Shown here one piece after another: positions 26,697-38,100 of a stretch of 64,000 nt of DNA. Source of the DNA: Squalus acanthias (lineage: Eukaryota); NCBI GenBank assembly GCA_030390025.1, contig CM059441.1:21514001-21578000 (forward strand), in the 5' to 3' direction. Position 1 is the stretch's first letter, and each line of letters begins with the position of its first letter. Both the position numbers and the translations under genes were made by a program. The notes below the pieces were generated by a model that worked only from the letters and a program-made list of their open reading frames with translations, made no database searches and was not told the origin of the DNA.

Positions 26697-28586
26697 TGCA
26701 TGTCTCAGTGAGGATTCTTCAGTCTGATTGGTTTAAGAGCCTCGCTGTTTCTTGGGCTGCTCAGAGATGCCACAGACGTCCTGTAGAGGGAGCCGCGCTG
26801 GATCGGACGCCAGATGACAGCAAGTCTACGCTCAAAAGCCCTCAAAAACTCTATGGACAGCAGTCAGCGTAGTGAACAGTGAGAGCCGTTCCTTAGCCTC
26901 TGTGTTTTCAGTCTGCTTGTCCAACATGTAGTCCCGGATGAGCCAAAATATCTTCCAATTAAACATTGGGAAGACCAGAGCCATTGTCTTGGACCCCACC
27001 ACATAATCTGTTCCCTAGCCACCGATTCCATCGCCCTCCCTGGCCGCTGTCTGAGGCTGAACCAGACTCTGTGCAACCTCTTTGTCCTTCTCTACATTGG
27101 CACCCAGTCCCCAAATGCCTCGACTTTAAAATTCTCCTCCTCGTGTTCAAATCCCTCCATGGCTACGCGCCTCCTTCTCCTTGTAACCCCCTCTGTGAAC
27201 TCTGTGTTCCTCCAACTCTGGCTTCTTGTGCATTCCCCCACTTCCTTCATCCCACCATTGACGGCAATGTCTTCAGCCGTCTAGGTCCTAAACTCCGGAA
27301 TTCCCTCACTAAAACTCTCCACTCTCTTTGACCAAACATTTGGTCACCTCGTCTAATGTCTGCTTCTTTGGCTCGGTGTCAATTTTTGTCTCATTACGTT
27401 TCTGTGAAGCGTCTTGGGACGTTTTACTATGTTAAAGGCGGAATATAAATGTAAGTAATTGCTGTTGTTGATGTTGATCCCACTAATGAGACAACAACAA
27501 TAAATGAACGTGCTTCTCAAGCCACTGCTGTGGTCAATGAGAGAAATCTCCCTTTAGGTTTGTTGAGAGTGAAAACTTTCTGCACGTACAACACATTGCT
27601 TCAGAGGCCTGAAATTTCCCACTGGTTTCAAAGGTTAAGAAATTTTTGTTGCACAGAGAATGCTGCGAGTGAATGTTCTATCCTAAATGAACACAAATTC
27701 AGTTTTAGCACAATTCCATTAACTCCTCAAATACTTTAAGGGTTGAAAGAGTTGGGCGCTGAATAAAATGTGTGTTCAAGTGTGTTGCAGCTTGCGATGG
27801 ACATGGTGGTTTGAAACTGCAAGTAAAATGTGTTGTTATTCTCAGCGTGGATGTGTGACAGAAACCCGTGAATGCACAATGGCAGGAGGTGTTAGTTACT
27901 AAATGAAGGGTAGTGTGTGCAAGTGGCTGAACAAGAACTACAATATTATTGGGCCTTTTATAGCATCATGGGTGCTGCTCCATTTATTGGACACCAGATG
28001 ATGCAGATGGAAGAAACAGTGGACAGGTGTACAGGGGACATACGAGCCACACCATGGTGTGGACAAATGACCCCAGAGGGAAGCATTACTAAGCTAGATG
28101 TAGTTTTATAAATCTTAAAGAGAAGGAGAGGCTAAAGCTGAGCAGAGACTTCTTAACTGATCTACATGATGTGCTGCCAAAAGACCTGAAGAAGCAGTCA
28201 ACAGTTAAACTGTGCTGTTAGGTGAAGTCATAGTTACCACAGCTCTCAACATTGACATACCTTCCAGGAACCGAGTGGCAGATATCTCAGGAGTCAATTG
28301 AAATGCTGTCAACTGTTGCACAAGGCACATTACAGAAGCCTTCCAAAGGCAGGCACATGGGTACACAACATTCAGCAATACCAAACAGACACAGCAGCCA
28401 AGGCTGTTTGCTTCTCACTGTGTTTGTAGGTTCCCAAAGGTGCAGGGCTGCTCCTTCCCCATAGCCCTGAAATTCTTTCCTTTTCAAGCATATATCCAAT
28501 TCACTATTCAGGATAGTTTAGGGCAGTTTTCCACAGAAACAATTTGGAGACGTTGTTACTTTAAATGTTGTGTTTTAAAGTATAAT

Positions 28587-29479
28587 GGGGGAAAAATTCA
28601 GTATCGCCCCGTTTGGGGCGCAATTATCAGCCGGGCGCAAAGATTAGCGCCTGGCGCTAATTATCGCCTCCGACTGCAAACTTGACTTTTATCGCCCCTG
28701 GAGGTGATTGGAGCGCTAAATCAGGCGCTACACATCTGTCTTAAGGCGCAAAGGCCGAGGAGCGAGGCGCTAACTGAAAGCGCTGGCGAAGCTCATGTGA
28801 TGTCAGTCAGCAATGGAACACAGACACAATGGTGCCGGCCAGTTCTTAAAGGGGAGGGTTGATCTTGCTTTCCATCCACATCCTGCTCATTGCAGCCTTG
28901 AATCTCGGCCTGGAGAGACCTGTACATCAAATCTGCTGGAAAGAACAATCGAGAGGTCTAGCGAAAGAGCTTAGAGTGCAACCTCCAGAGTCTCTTCTAA
29001 ATCGATACAAGCAAGGGCCAATCAAAATGAACCTGCAAAGTGCTGCTCAGTACCCAAAACTCCTTCACTCAGCGTTGAATCTCTCCAGAAGTCTCTCTCT
29101 CTCTCTCTCAGAATGCGTGGTTCAAAAATGTCACCAACAAAAAAAGGCAGGAAGCGGTCGCCTTTAAATAGCGCTCCCCCAGTCCCTTCCTGACTGCAAA
29201 ACGCTCCCCTCAACCTGTCGTTGCTAGCGGCAGGCGGTAAGGCAGGGGGCGCCACTCAATATCCGCTCCGGGGCGCTACCGGGGCGTTGCGCACTCGACT
29301 GACATCACGATCTGCCGGCGCAGGAGATCGTGGCGGTAGTGTTTAGCGCCGCCGCAAAATGTCTAGTTAATTTCGCGAGCGGCGCAAACATCGCCTCGCC
29401 CGGGCGCTAGTTGCTTTGCGCCCCATTAGCGCCCTCCTAAGGCGCTAACGGGAGGCGCAACCAACTGAATTTTCCCCCC
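28587..29479 (+). mobile_element. Non-autonomous Harbinger, internal deletion derivative of the 13574 family
   Basis: TIRs, TSD AAT; left part matches 13574-13965, next part matches 17085-17260. Confidence 0.9.
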
Positions 29480-29999
29480 AATATATTCATCCAAGTTTAA
29501 AAAAAAGGGGAAGGAGGGTTTGAAATGATGAGTAGTTAAGATGCAAATGAGCTAACTTTGGTGTTGCTTCCTCATAGACTGTAAATAATAATCAATTTGT
29601 TAGGTTATCTTGGTAATCAATAAGCACACTGCACCTATTTGTTTGGGGAGATGCTGGTCCCAGGTGCTCAGTAGAAGATTTGGCAGGCTTTTATTTTCTG
29701 GTTGTGAATAGTGGGAGATAAATTACACAGAGGTAGGCACACAAGAAGAGGCTTTTTGAAACAGCAAGGCTACAAAAGCACTCAGGTTTGGTAAAGAGAA
29801 ACTTGTGAGGGCTTCACTAAGGTGAAGAAGTTAGAAATATTCGAGGATTCTTTGTCTAAGTGAGGTAAAGATGATCCACTGAAGTGGGGTAGCATACCAA
29901 AAAGATGGATTGAGACTCTTCGAGCTTTCGCACAGAACCCTTACAGTAAGAGGCATTGGAGATAAGACTAGTCACTGTTGTTACATAGGCAACTGTGGC

Positions 30000-31537
30000 A
30001 GCCAACTGACGCTCGGCGGCAAAGGGATGGCTCTTGCGTTCACGACACTGACAGCTTCCCACAGAGATTTTTCGGGCTTTTGAGCGGAGACATGCTGTCA
30101 TCGGGCGTCTGATTCAGTGTGGCACCGTCTACAGGGGATCTGTGGCATGTGTGAGCAGGCTAAGAAAAAGCGAGGCTCAACAACCAATCAGATTGAGGAA
30201 TCCTCACTGAGACACGCAAAGTCTAAACCAGGAAGTATAAACCAGGAATTAGGAATTAAATTTAAATCATGTACAGAAAGCGAAACACAGATTTGAGAAA
30301 GAGGGATGGGATTCAGAGAGAGAGCGATAAAAGAGAAAAGACAGGAAAAGTTAAAAAAAAATTAATTTTTTTTCAACATTAATTAAATTCAGAAGGAATG
30401 AGACTCCACACTTGTAATATTAAATTTTCTGGACCAGAGAGGCTGTTTGGCAATAATTATGACTTATCACGCCAATGAAAATTCACTTACACCTGACTGC
30501 ACCAGCCCTAACTTTTTCTGCTATGTTTATTGGGTAACTAGTGGGTAATTACCACAACTTCACACCCTTACATTGATATCAATGCCAAGCCTGTTGGCAA
30601 GTTACTGTTATGACGCAGCCTGTGGAGGGGCAGGGTAACTTGAAATGCAACATATGGGGCCAAAAATTCGGCCCTTCCCGGGTGAGTACACAGTGCGTAC
30701 TCACCCGTAATGCGTCCCGAAGTGCCGGTTTCCTGCATGCACTGCGCATGCGCGGGAAACCGGAACTTCCGGTCTGGTGAAGGGGGCGGTTCCTAGGTGA
30801 ACCGCGTGCGCGGTAGAGGCTGCGTGCACGCAGCGAACTTAGATTTTTTTTCAGGTTTCTACGGGAGGGTAAGTAGTGAAGAACCTGTGCTTTTAAAAAG
30901 GAGGGGCAGGACCCGTTTTCAATAAGGTAAGTGGTTAATTAAGTATAACTTAAAAAATTTTCAACAGGTTTATCTTTTTTAGATACTTTAAAGAAAGGTA
31001 AGTTTATTTTTATCACTTTTAAAAAGTATTTTAATTTTTTCAAAAATTTAAATTTTTGTTTAAAGTGGTTAATTTATTTAACTGTAGTTATTTTATAAAT
31101 GTGATGGTTTTTAAAAAAAATTATTTTAAGTTTAGCTGTTCTTTTGGGGCCGATTTCAATTCACAGATTTGACAGGTCTTCCTGTCAAATCTTTGAATGA
31201 AAGATGGTCTGCTGCCATTGGCTCTCCATGGCCCACATGATCCCAGGGGACGCATCGCACTAACTACGCCCCTGGGACACGCAAGCACTGCGTGCCGGCT
31301 CTTGGAGCAGGCCCAGGAGCTGAAGTTCCCGTGGGCCCAAAACACAACGGCAGGCGCGGTAGGTAAGTGCGCGCGCGATCCTTACCCCCGCAGCAAGCCG
31401 GAGAGGCGAATTTCTGGGCCATGGATTTCCGCGTTTAAATGCGCGTGTGCATACTCTGGAAATTGCTGTCCCATTTACTCCATAATAACAGTGAGTGCTG
31501 TTAGCCTTACCGTTATTCTCAACACAAAATCCGGCCA
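30000..31537. mobile_element. MITE (inverted relative of 18737-19285) with a nested MITE at 30657-31420
   Basis: Reverse-complement match to 18737-19280; nested element has GGGCCAAAAATTCG..GAATTTCTGGGCC termini and ATG TSD. Left boundary approximate. Confidence 0.65.
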
Positions 31538-32129
31538 ATAATTCAATACCTGAAGGAATGAAACGTGACACTTTTAATTGTTCAATTTCTGGGCCAGTGA
31601 ATTTGATTGGTAGTCATTAACAATGATCACAATGTTAAAAGGGTACTTACCCTGTTAATGACTAGAATTAACTTTCTGTGGCGAGTTTAATGGGTAATTA
31701 ATGGGCAAATGTAGCAACTTCTTGAAACACATGTAGAGGTTAATGGCGAGCTGCCGTTTTCATGAAGGTAACGGCGGAGCGGCGCATATCAGTCAGTAAC
31801 TTGTGGCGATTCGCAATTCATGGGGTGTCTCTTGATCGCCACAAGTTGCTGGCTGATTGGCACATTAATGAAGGTATGTGTTGTTCACACATCGTTATTT
31901 TTCCAGCAATAGTACAGGAAATAAGACATGTCAGGGTGATTCAATAGCAATGCATAGCCTGCTTGGCCACACCTCCCAAGATGTTAATAACCATATCAGC
32001 AGTCATTGAACACCCTCCTGGCAGCAATTGTCTACAGCTCATCAAAGAGACAGATATCGAGCGGTGTCTTCTGCAGTCGAGATGAGAATTAAGAGCTGGA
32101 TGACTGATCTCAACTTTACAAAGAAAACG

Positions 32130-32166
32130 ATGTGGATTCTGATTCTTCTCATTTGTTCCCTGCCCG
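32130..32166 (+). CDS. Exon 1, signal peptide [12 protein letters not shown]
   Basis: ATG with A at -3 (aaacgATGtgg), hydrophobic leader, strong donor G|GTGAGT, phase 1; joins in frame to VSGALWA. Confidence 0.85.
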
Positions 32167-35100
32167 GTGAGTGACAGCCAGAGCGGGATATTCAGATAAT
32201 CAGTGTTAGTTTGAGTCTAGTGTACGGTTTATAGAGCAGAGAGGTTTAAATATTTGTAGACATGTAAAGGCACAAAATACCCAGCAAAAATATACATGAA
32301 TAATATTTGTGTGAAGTCTTGTAATCTCTTTTTGACTGTACTATTATACCACACAAATATTGTAGGGGGTGGTGGTTTGTGTCAGCTTTACCTCTGACTT
32401 CTGAGCGGTTCGAATCGCTCCCAGTCCCTTGGTTCTAGACCTTGGACTTATTTTGGGGTTGTGACAAAAGGTGCAGCAGACAACTGAGTTTGATGAAAAG
32501 AACTTCAATCTTTATTCAAAAGGTAAAACACAAATAATAACACTCTTAACACTCCAAAGGTGGGGAACACTTCGGTACAAGCGAGGGAAATGACAGTAGA
32601 ACAATACTTCACCCCTCCCAACCCCACTTTACTAGCTAAGTTAGGTTTTGAAGGACCAGGGATAATGCTCACCAATCCTTTGACAGTTGGGCTAAATCGC
32701 GGTTTTGGGGTTCACTGTTTATAGCGGTTAGTGTCTGCCGTACCCCGTACGCGGTAGAGGACTTCACCTGCGTCTCTGGTCAGTCTTCGCGAGTCCGCTG
32801 ATGCGGTAGGATGTCGTTTTGGATCTATCTGGTGAGTACCCAATTTCTTTGGTTTAGCAGTAGGGTTTAGAGTCTTTGGGGAAAATCTTACCCAGGGGTA
32901 AGTCAGGAGTAGATTGTAGAGTGGAAACTTTGCGGTTCTTCGGGTTTTCTTCCCTTGAGTTGGTCTTTATTGGTCGCGGTGGCCTGTTATTACCCGGTCT
33001 GTTGGGGGTAATATGCGGTTGTTGGTTACTTGAGGCCTTTGGTTTCCGCAATGGTTTTAGGCCTTGTCTAGTGTGTCAGTCGACCTCGTGGAGCCGTCGG
33101 TGACTTGTTGCTGCTTGTTCCTCCGGGTGACTGTGTTGGGACCGTTGTTGGAGGTCCGTCGAGGTGGTATCTTCACGAGCTGAACTCAGGTGTGTCTGAG
33201 TGGTGAGCGATGCCGACTCGCTTCCAGCTCGGTTTGTCTTCTTCCTGGTTTCTTCTTCTTCTGATGACCACGGACCTTGAACTGCTTAACAGGCCTTCAA
33301 TTATACGGAATTGAAGTGGCCTTATCTACCCGCCAAATCTACTCAGTTCATTGTCTGGTTTTGGCGGGCTCGTAAATCGGTAACGACTTACTAGCACGTT
33401 AACTGTTTTTTTAACAAGCCTTCAATCTCACGCATTGAACATGGCCTTATCTACCCGCCAAATTTACTCAGTTCATTGTCTGATTTTGGCGGGCCTGTTA
33501 CCAGTAACTGCTCTGTAAGTGTCAAATGGCCTTTGGGATGGTTTGCATCCTGTCGATCTTCTTGGTTGATCACTGGTGATTGATTTCGTATTTTGGGTTT
33601 CTAGGCTGGACTCGGTCTTTTCTATAGAATGGTCCTGAGTGGGTTTTATTATGCATGTTTGTGATGGGCCCTGTAATCGGTTTGATGGGGCCTGTTATTT
33701 TGGGTGGGACTGTCTTCTCCCAGGGTCTATTGTACAAATGTTAATGTCTGCTGGGGCTTGAGTGGGGTCATCCCGGTTCCCCAGACAGTGCAATTAACTG
33801 CAATACCCAAAACTGCTTTTACAGAGGTCGACCCCACCTCCTTGTCCCTTTACAGGCCCAGACATAGTTTTAAAATGCCAAAACTTGGTTTTTGGTCTTA
33901 AATTCCTTAGGTTAGGCCCAAATGCATTTTTATCACTCTGAGGTAGTTCCAAAGTCCTTTTTCCTTCGGTTTTTGGGGATCTGCAAAATTTTGGAAACCT
34001 TACAATATTTAGCAACATATACTAAGCTGCATTATTCATTGTGAATGGAAAATAAGGCCCATTTAATTTTTGAAATGCTACATAAGTAACATAATCAAAA
34101 TGCAAAGGTAACCCATTTTAATCTGTGAAAAGTTATTTTTTTTAATGTAGTCTGCTGTCCGATATACACTGAAGACTGCAGCAGTAATAATCCCTCACAC
34201 TGAACATGTCTCGAGTTTGCAATTGTTTCTGTTATTTAAAGTACAGCTGATGAAATATTGTTTCATGAGGCTCTGTCAGTGACACTGTTCCTCACTGGTA
34301 GAGGGTTGGTCTATATTACTCTTCCAGTAAGTAACCACTTTCTTCTCACTCTTTAACTCTAACCAAGTAGATTTAGTTTTTTCACTCCCGCCCCATATTA
34401 ACCTTATGTTGTAATGGAATTTGTGATAAATACAACTCTCCTCCGTTTATGATGAATGTAGTTTGTAACCAGCAATGTTGAACTCTCAGTCCCACCCTAC
34501 CCTAAGTCACGACTGTTAATTCTATTATATGAAATCTCCCCATAAAAAATTGTGCCTCCATCTTACCAATTTTACACAGAATACTTTATGTACTTATGTA
34601 ACTGACCCGTGCCACTGTCTGCTTGGTAATCTTCCTCTTTTCAGTCCTGCCTCTTTCTGATCTGATATTCCTTTACCTCCCCATTTCCCTCTTTTATCTT
34701 TCCTATTTCCTTTGTCCTTTCTGCTCTTCTCTCTGCCTCTTTAACCTCCCACCTGCCATTTTAGTGTAAACTCTTTCCCCACAGAACAAGCTCCCCTCCG
34801 AGCAAGGCAATTGGGCCAGTAACAAATTCTAACCAGCACTCCCTCAATACTGCACTGGAGTGTCAGCCTAAATTTTATGCTTGGGTCCCAGGAGTGGGCC
34901 TTGAACCCACATTCTACTGACTCTGAGGCATTAGTGCTAACACTGAGACACAGATGATATTTCAAAAATAAATCATTGGCTGTGAAGTGCTTTGGCACAT
35001 CCTGAGGCTGTGATAAGGCACTATATTAAAGTTTTCTTTTATCACAAACTAGAAGGAATTCAACTGTGTTAATAGATGGTGTGGAGAGATTCCTCTGTAC

Positions 35101-38100
35101 AGAGTGGTAACTCTTATTAAAATGTATCTGTTTGTATTAAGCGGCTATTTCCTGTTCAATTTCTGAAATGTTGTCTCCTCAGTTTCAGGTGCATTGTGGG
35201 CAAAAGCTGAAGTAAGAGGAGTTGTGGGAAGAGCGATCACAATAGATTGTCACTATAACAAATGGTACCAGTCACATGTGAAATATTGGTGTCACGGCTG
35301 GACTCAGCATTGTTCAGCTGTAGTAAAAACAAATGAGCAACCTGGATGGAATGGAAGAGTGTCAATCACAGATAACAAGACAGCAGGAATATTTGTTGTT
35401 ACTATGAAGGATCTTCGTCCAGAATATACAGGATGGTACAGCTGTGGGATTGAACGAGATCCCGCCCTCGATCTATTGTTTTATGTAAAGCTACAAATAT
35501 CTTACGGTACATTTCTCAGCGATTTTCTTTATTACTCTCGACTGAAATGTCTGATCAATGTTTTATCTGGGAGGAAACATGACAGCTCCAATATCCCGAG
35601 GCTCCGCAGCAGTGCAGAGTCTCACAGGTAGCGGGCAGAGGTCGGGAAATCCGACTCATGTTGCACATTCCCAATTCGTGGCCTGTCCAACTAGCTGACC
35701 AAGAATTTCAAGTATTATGGGACGAACAATTCCTTTAACTACAGAGTATTGTGCCAGACATCAGGAGGAATTTTAAACCACAAAACGGGTGGGTTGGGGT
35801 CGGGTGGGAGGTTAAAGTGATAAAAATCTGAATCTCGACCCCAACCCGCCTCCAACCCGCCCACTTCCGGTTTTAATGGAGGCGGGACGGTGCTGGCAGC
35901 CAACTCGCTCCCAGGAGGCGGGTCGCCCATTTTAATATTGTAATGAGGCTGGCGTGCCTCAGATTTAATCACCATTACAAATTTAACTGTGGCTGGTCAG
36001 GTTTCTCAGGCCTCGGGGACCCCGCCAGCTAAAGTAAGGCGACACTGCTGGATCCAGCAGGTAAGTGAAAAGCTTTGTAGTTGCACAAGGGTATGCACAT
36101 GTCTGGTTGAGAAATTGTTATGCTGTTAAGTTTCTGTTCTTTAGCAGAATCACATGAAATATATTACGTTGCACCACTTTCCCGTGTTGCCCATTCTTGG
36201 TTGCTGGTGGCAACTCGCCTTTCCAGCAGCTTGTTCATGAATGGGAAGACATGAATTGAGGGGGAGCAATGGGGGGATGTGCAACGTGTGGTTGGTTGGT
36301 AGCAGGTCTGCTTTGTGTCAGTGGGATTGGAGGAGGGCGGGGCAGTTGAGACTGGCCGTTGGAGGTGGTTGTTACATCGGTCCAGTGGTGGTAACTAACT
36401 GAACCTTACAGCTATAAGGGAAACGCTGGCATCGCGGGCAGCAATGTGAGTGACTGGTGCTGCGTTGGTGTCGCAATCTCCTTCCTCCTCCTCCTCCTCC
36501 TGCTTCTTTTCCTCTTCTTATCTTCCTCTTCCCTCTCGGATTCGTCCGTAGACAATGTGTGCTCAGCGCCTTGTTCCTCATGCAGCTCCAATCTTGCTGC
36601 TGCGCAATGTTGTGCAGAGCGCAGTAAACCACGATCATTCTGGAGACCCTGGCTAGTGAGTACTGAAGGGGCCTCCAGATCGGTCCAGGCAAATGAAGTG
36701 CATCTTGAGGTTGTGAGTAGAAAAGTGCTCAGGGACAGGCTCGCAAGCAGAAGCATTTCAAGATAGACTGTCCAGTCACCAAGCAAATTTTGGCCTAACT
36801 GTTTCTGAGCACAGTTTGTGGCAAGGACAGAACTGAAGGCCCACCAATTCCCATTAAAAGTGTTGGTGAATCTGGTCACCTTTGTGTTTTGGCTACTCCT
36901 TTGAGACAGAGATAAAGGGGGGAATTTTAACCACCGCCACTCCCCAAACGGGCAGGAGAGCGTCGGGTGGGAGGTTAAAATTGGTAAAAATGTGCAACCC
37001 AACCCGCCATGAACGTGCTTACTTCCTGTTTAACCACGGCGGGTTTGGGGGGGTCCGAGTACCCCGCGCTGGAGAGGCGGGTCAGCGATTATAATATTTA
37101 AATGAGGCTCAGTTCCTCAGATTTAGGGAGCCCTTTGAATTTAACGGCAGCGGCCCGGGTTTCCCAGGGCTGCTGATTGGAGGCGGGAGCTGCCGGATCC
37201 AGCAGGCAAGTGCTTTTCCAGCACTGCTTGTGGGCCAGGAGGAGCAGGAATGCTTCCCTCCAGCTCCTTAACAAACCTTCTGCTGCTATCTCTCCCTCAT
37301 CGCCTCGCGCTCCTAGCCCCACCCCCAACAATTCCTGATCTTCTACTGCAGGCTTTCCCGCCCGGCAGCCAGCCAGCCTCTCAATCTGGCCCACAGCCGG
37401 GTGGGAAACGGAGTAAAGGAATGCTAATGAGGTCCTGCTGTTAAATTCGGCACGACCTCCACCCTCCCGGCATTTCCGGGTTTCCCGACCACACACTCGC
37501 TCCCTCCCCGGCTCCCCGTAAATGTCGGGACCAAAGGATTCCTTTTCAGCTGCAGTTAACTGAAAACAATCACAATTACACTCCCGATCTAAAGTCACTA
37601 AAATGTAACAGATATCTGCCAATTTTATTCCCGCATATTCTGCTGTGGTTTTCTTGGACTCTCTCCAACTAATTCATGTTCAAGAGACAAACGATTCAAC
37701 AGCATTGGAGGCTGGCTACCTGCTATTGAGAGAAATTGTTAGCCCTGATTTTTCACGCTGGCACATCCTCAGTATCATTGCTGCTGGAGAGGTAGATGTG
37801 CCGGTGAGATTCCAACATGGCAGGCCCTGGCTGAGATACAGAAGTGCTGGAAATTGGAGAGTATTTGATTTTTAGATGTTCAGTCAGTATCTGAATGTTT
37901 GTTTCTTTCCCACAGAATCCGTGTCAGTTCCTGTACTTAGAATTTTATCGCCACCAAATGTCTCATGTTTTGGGGGCTCAGTGTCAGTCTCCTGTGAGTC
38001 TGTCCAGGGATCTCTTCCCATTCAGTACACATGGTACAAAAAGACCCCGTCTGAAGATTCAAAGATCTCTGACACCAATAAACTGGATCTACATTGTCAA

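Larger units (their letters stand above)
18887..28334 (+). repeat. Segmental duplication, copy 2
   Basis: As for copy 1; differs by copy-specific TE insertions. Confidence 0.93.

Noticed and set aside
35507-35631. C-terminal extensions of the V and C2 ORFs in the ORF track
   Set aside because: Read-through past splice donors into introns. A secreted intron-retention isoform is possible but unsupported.
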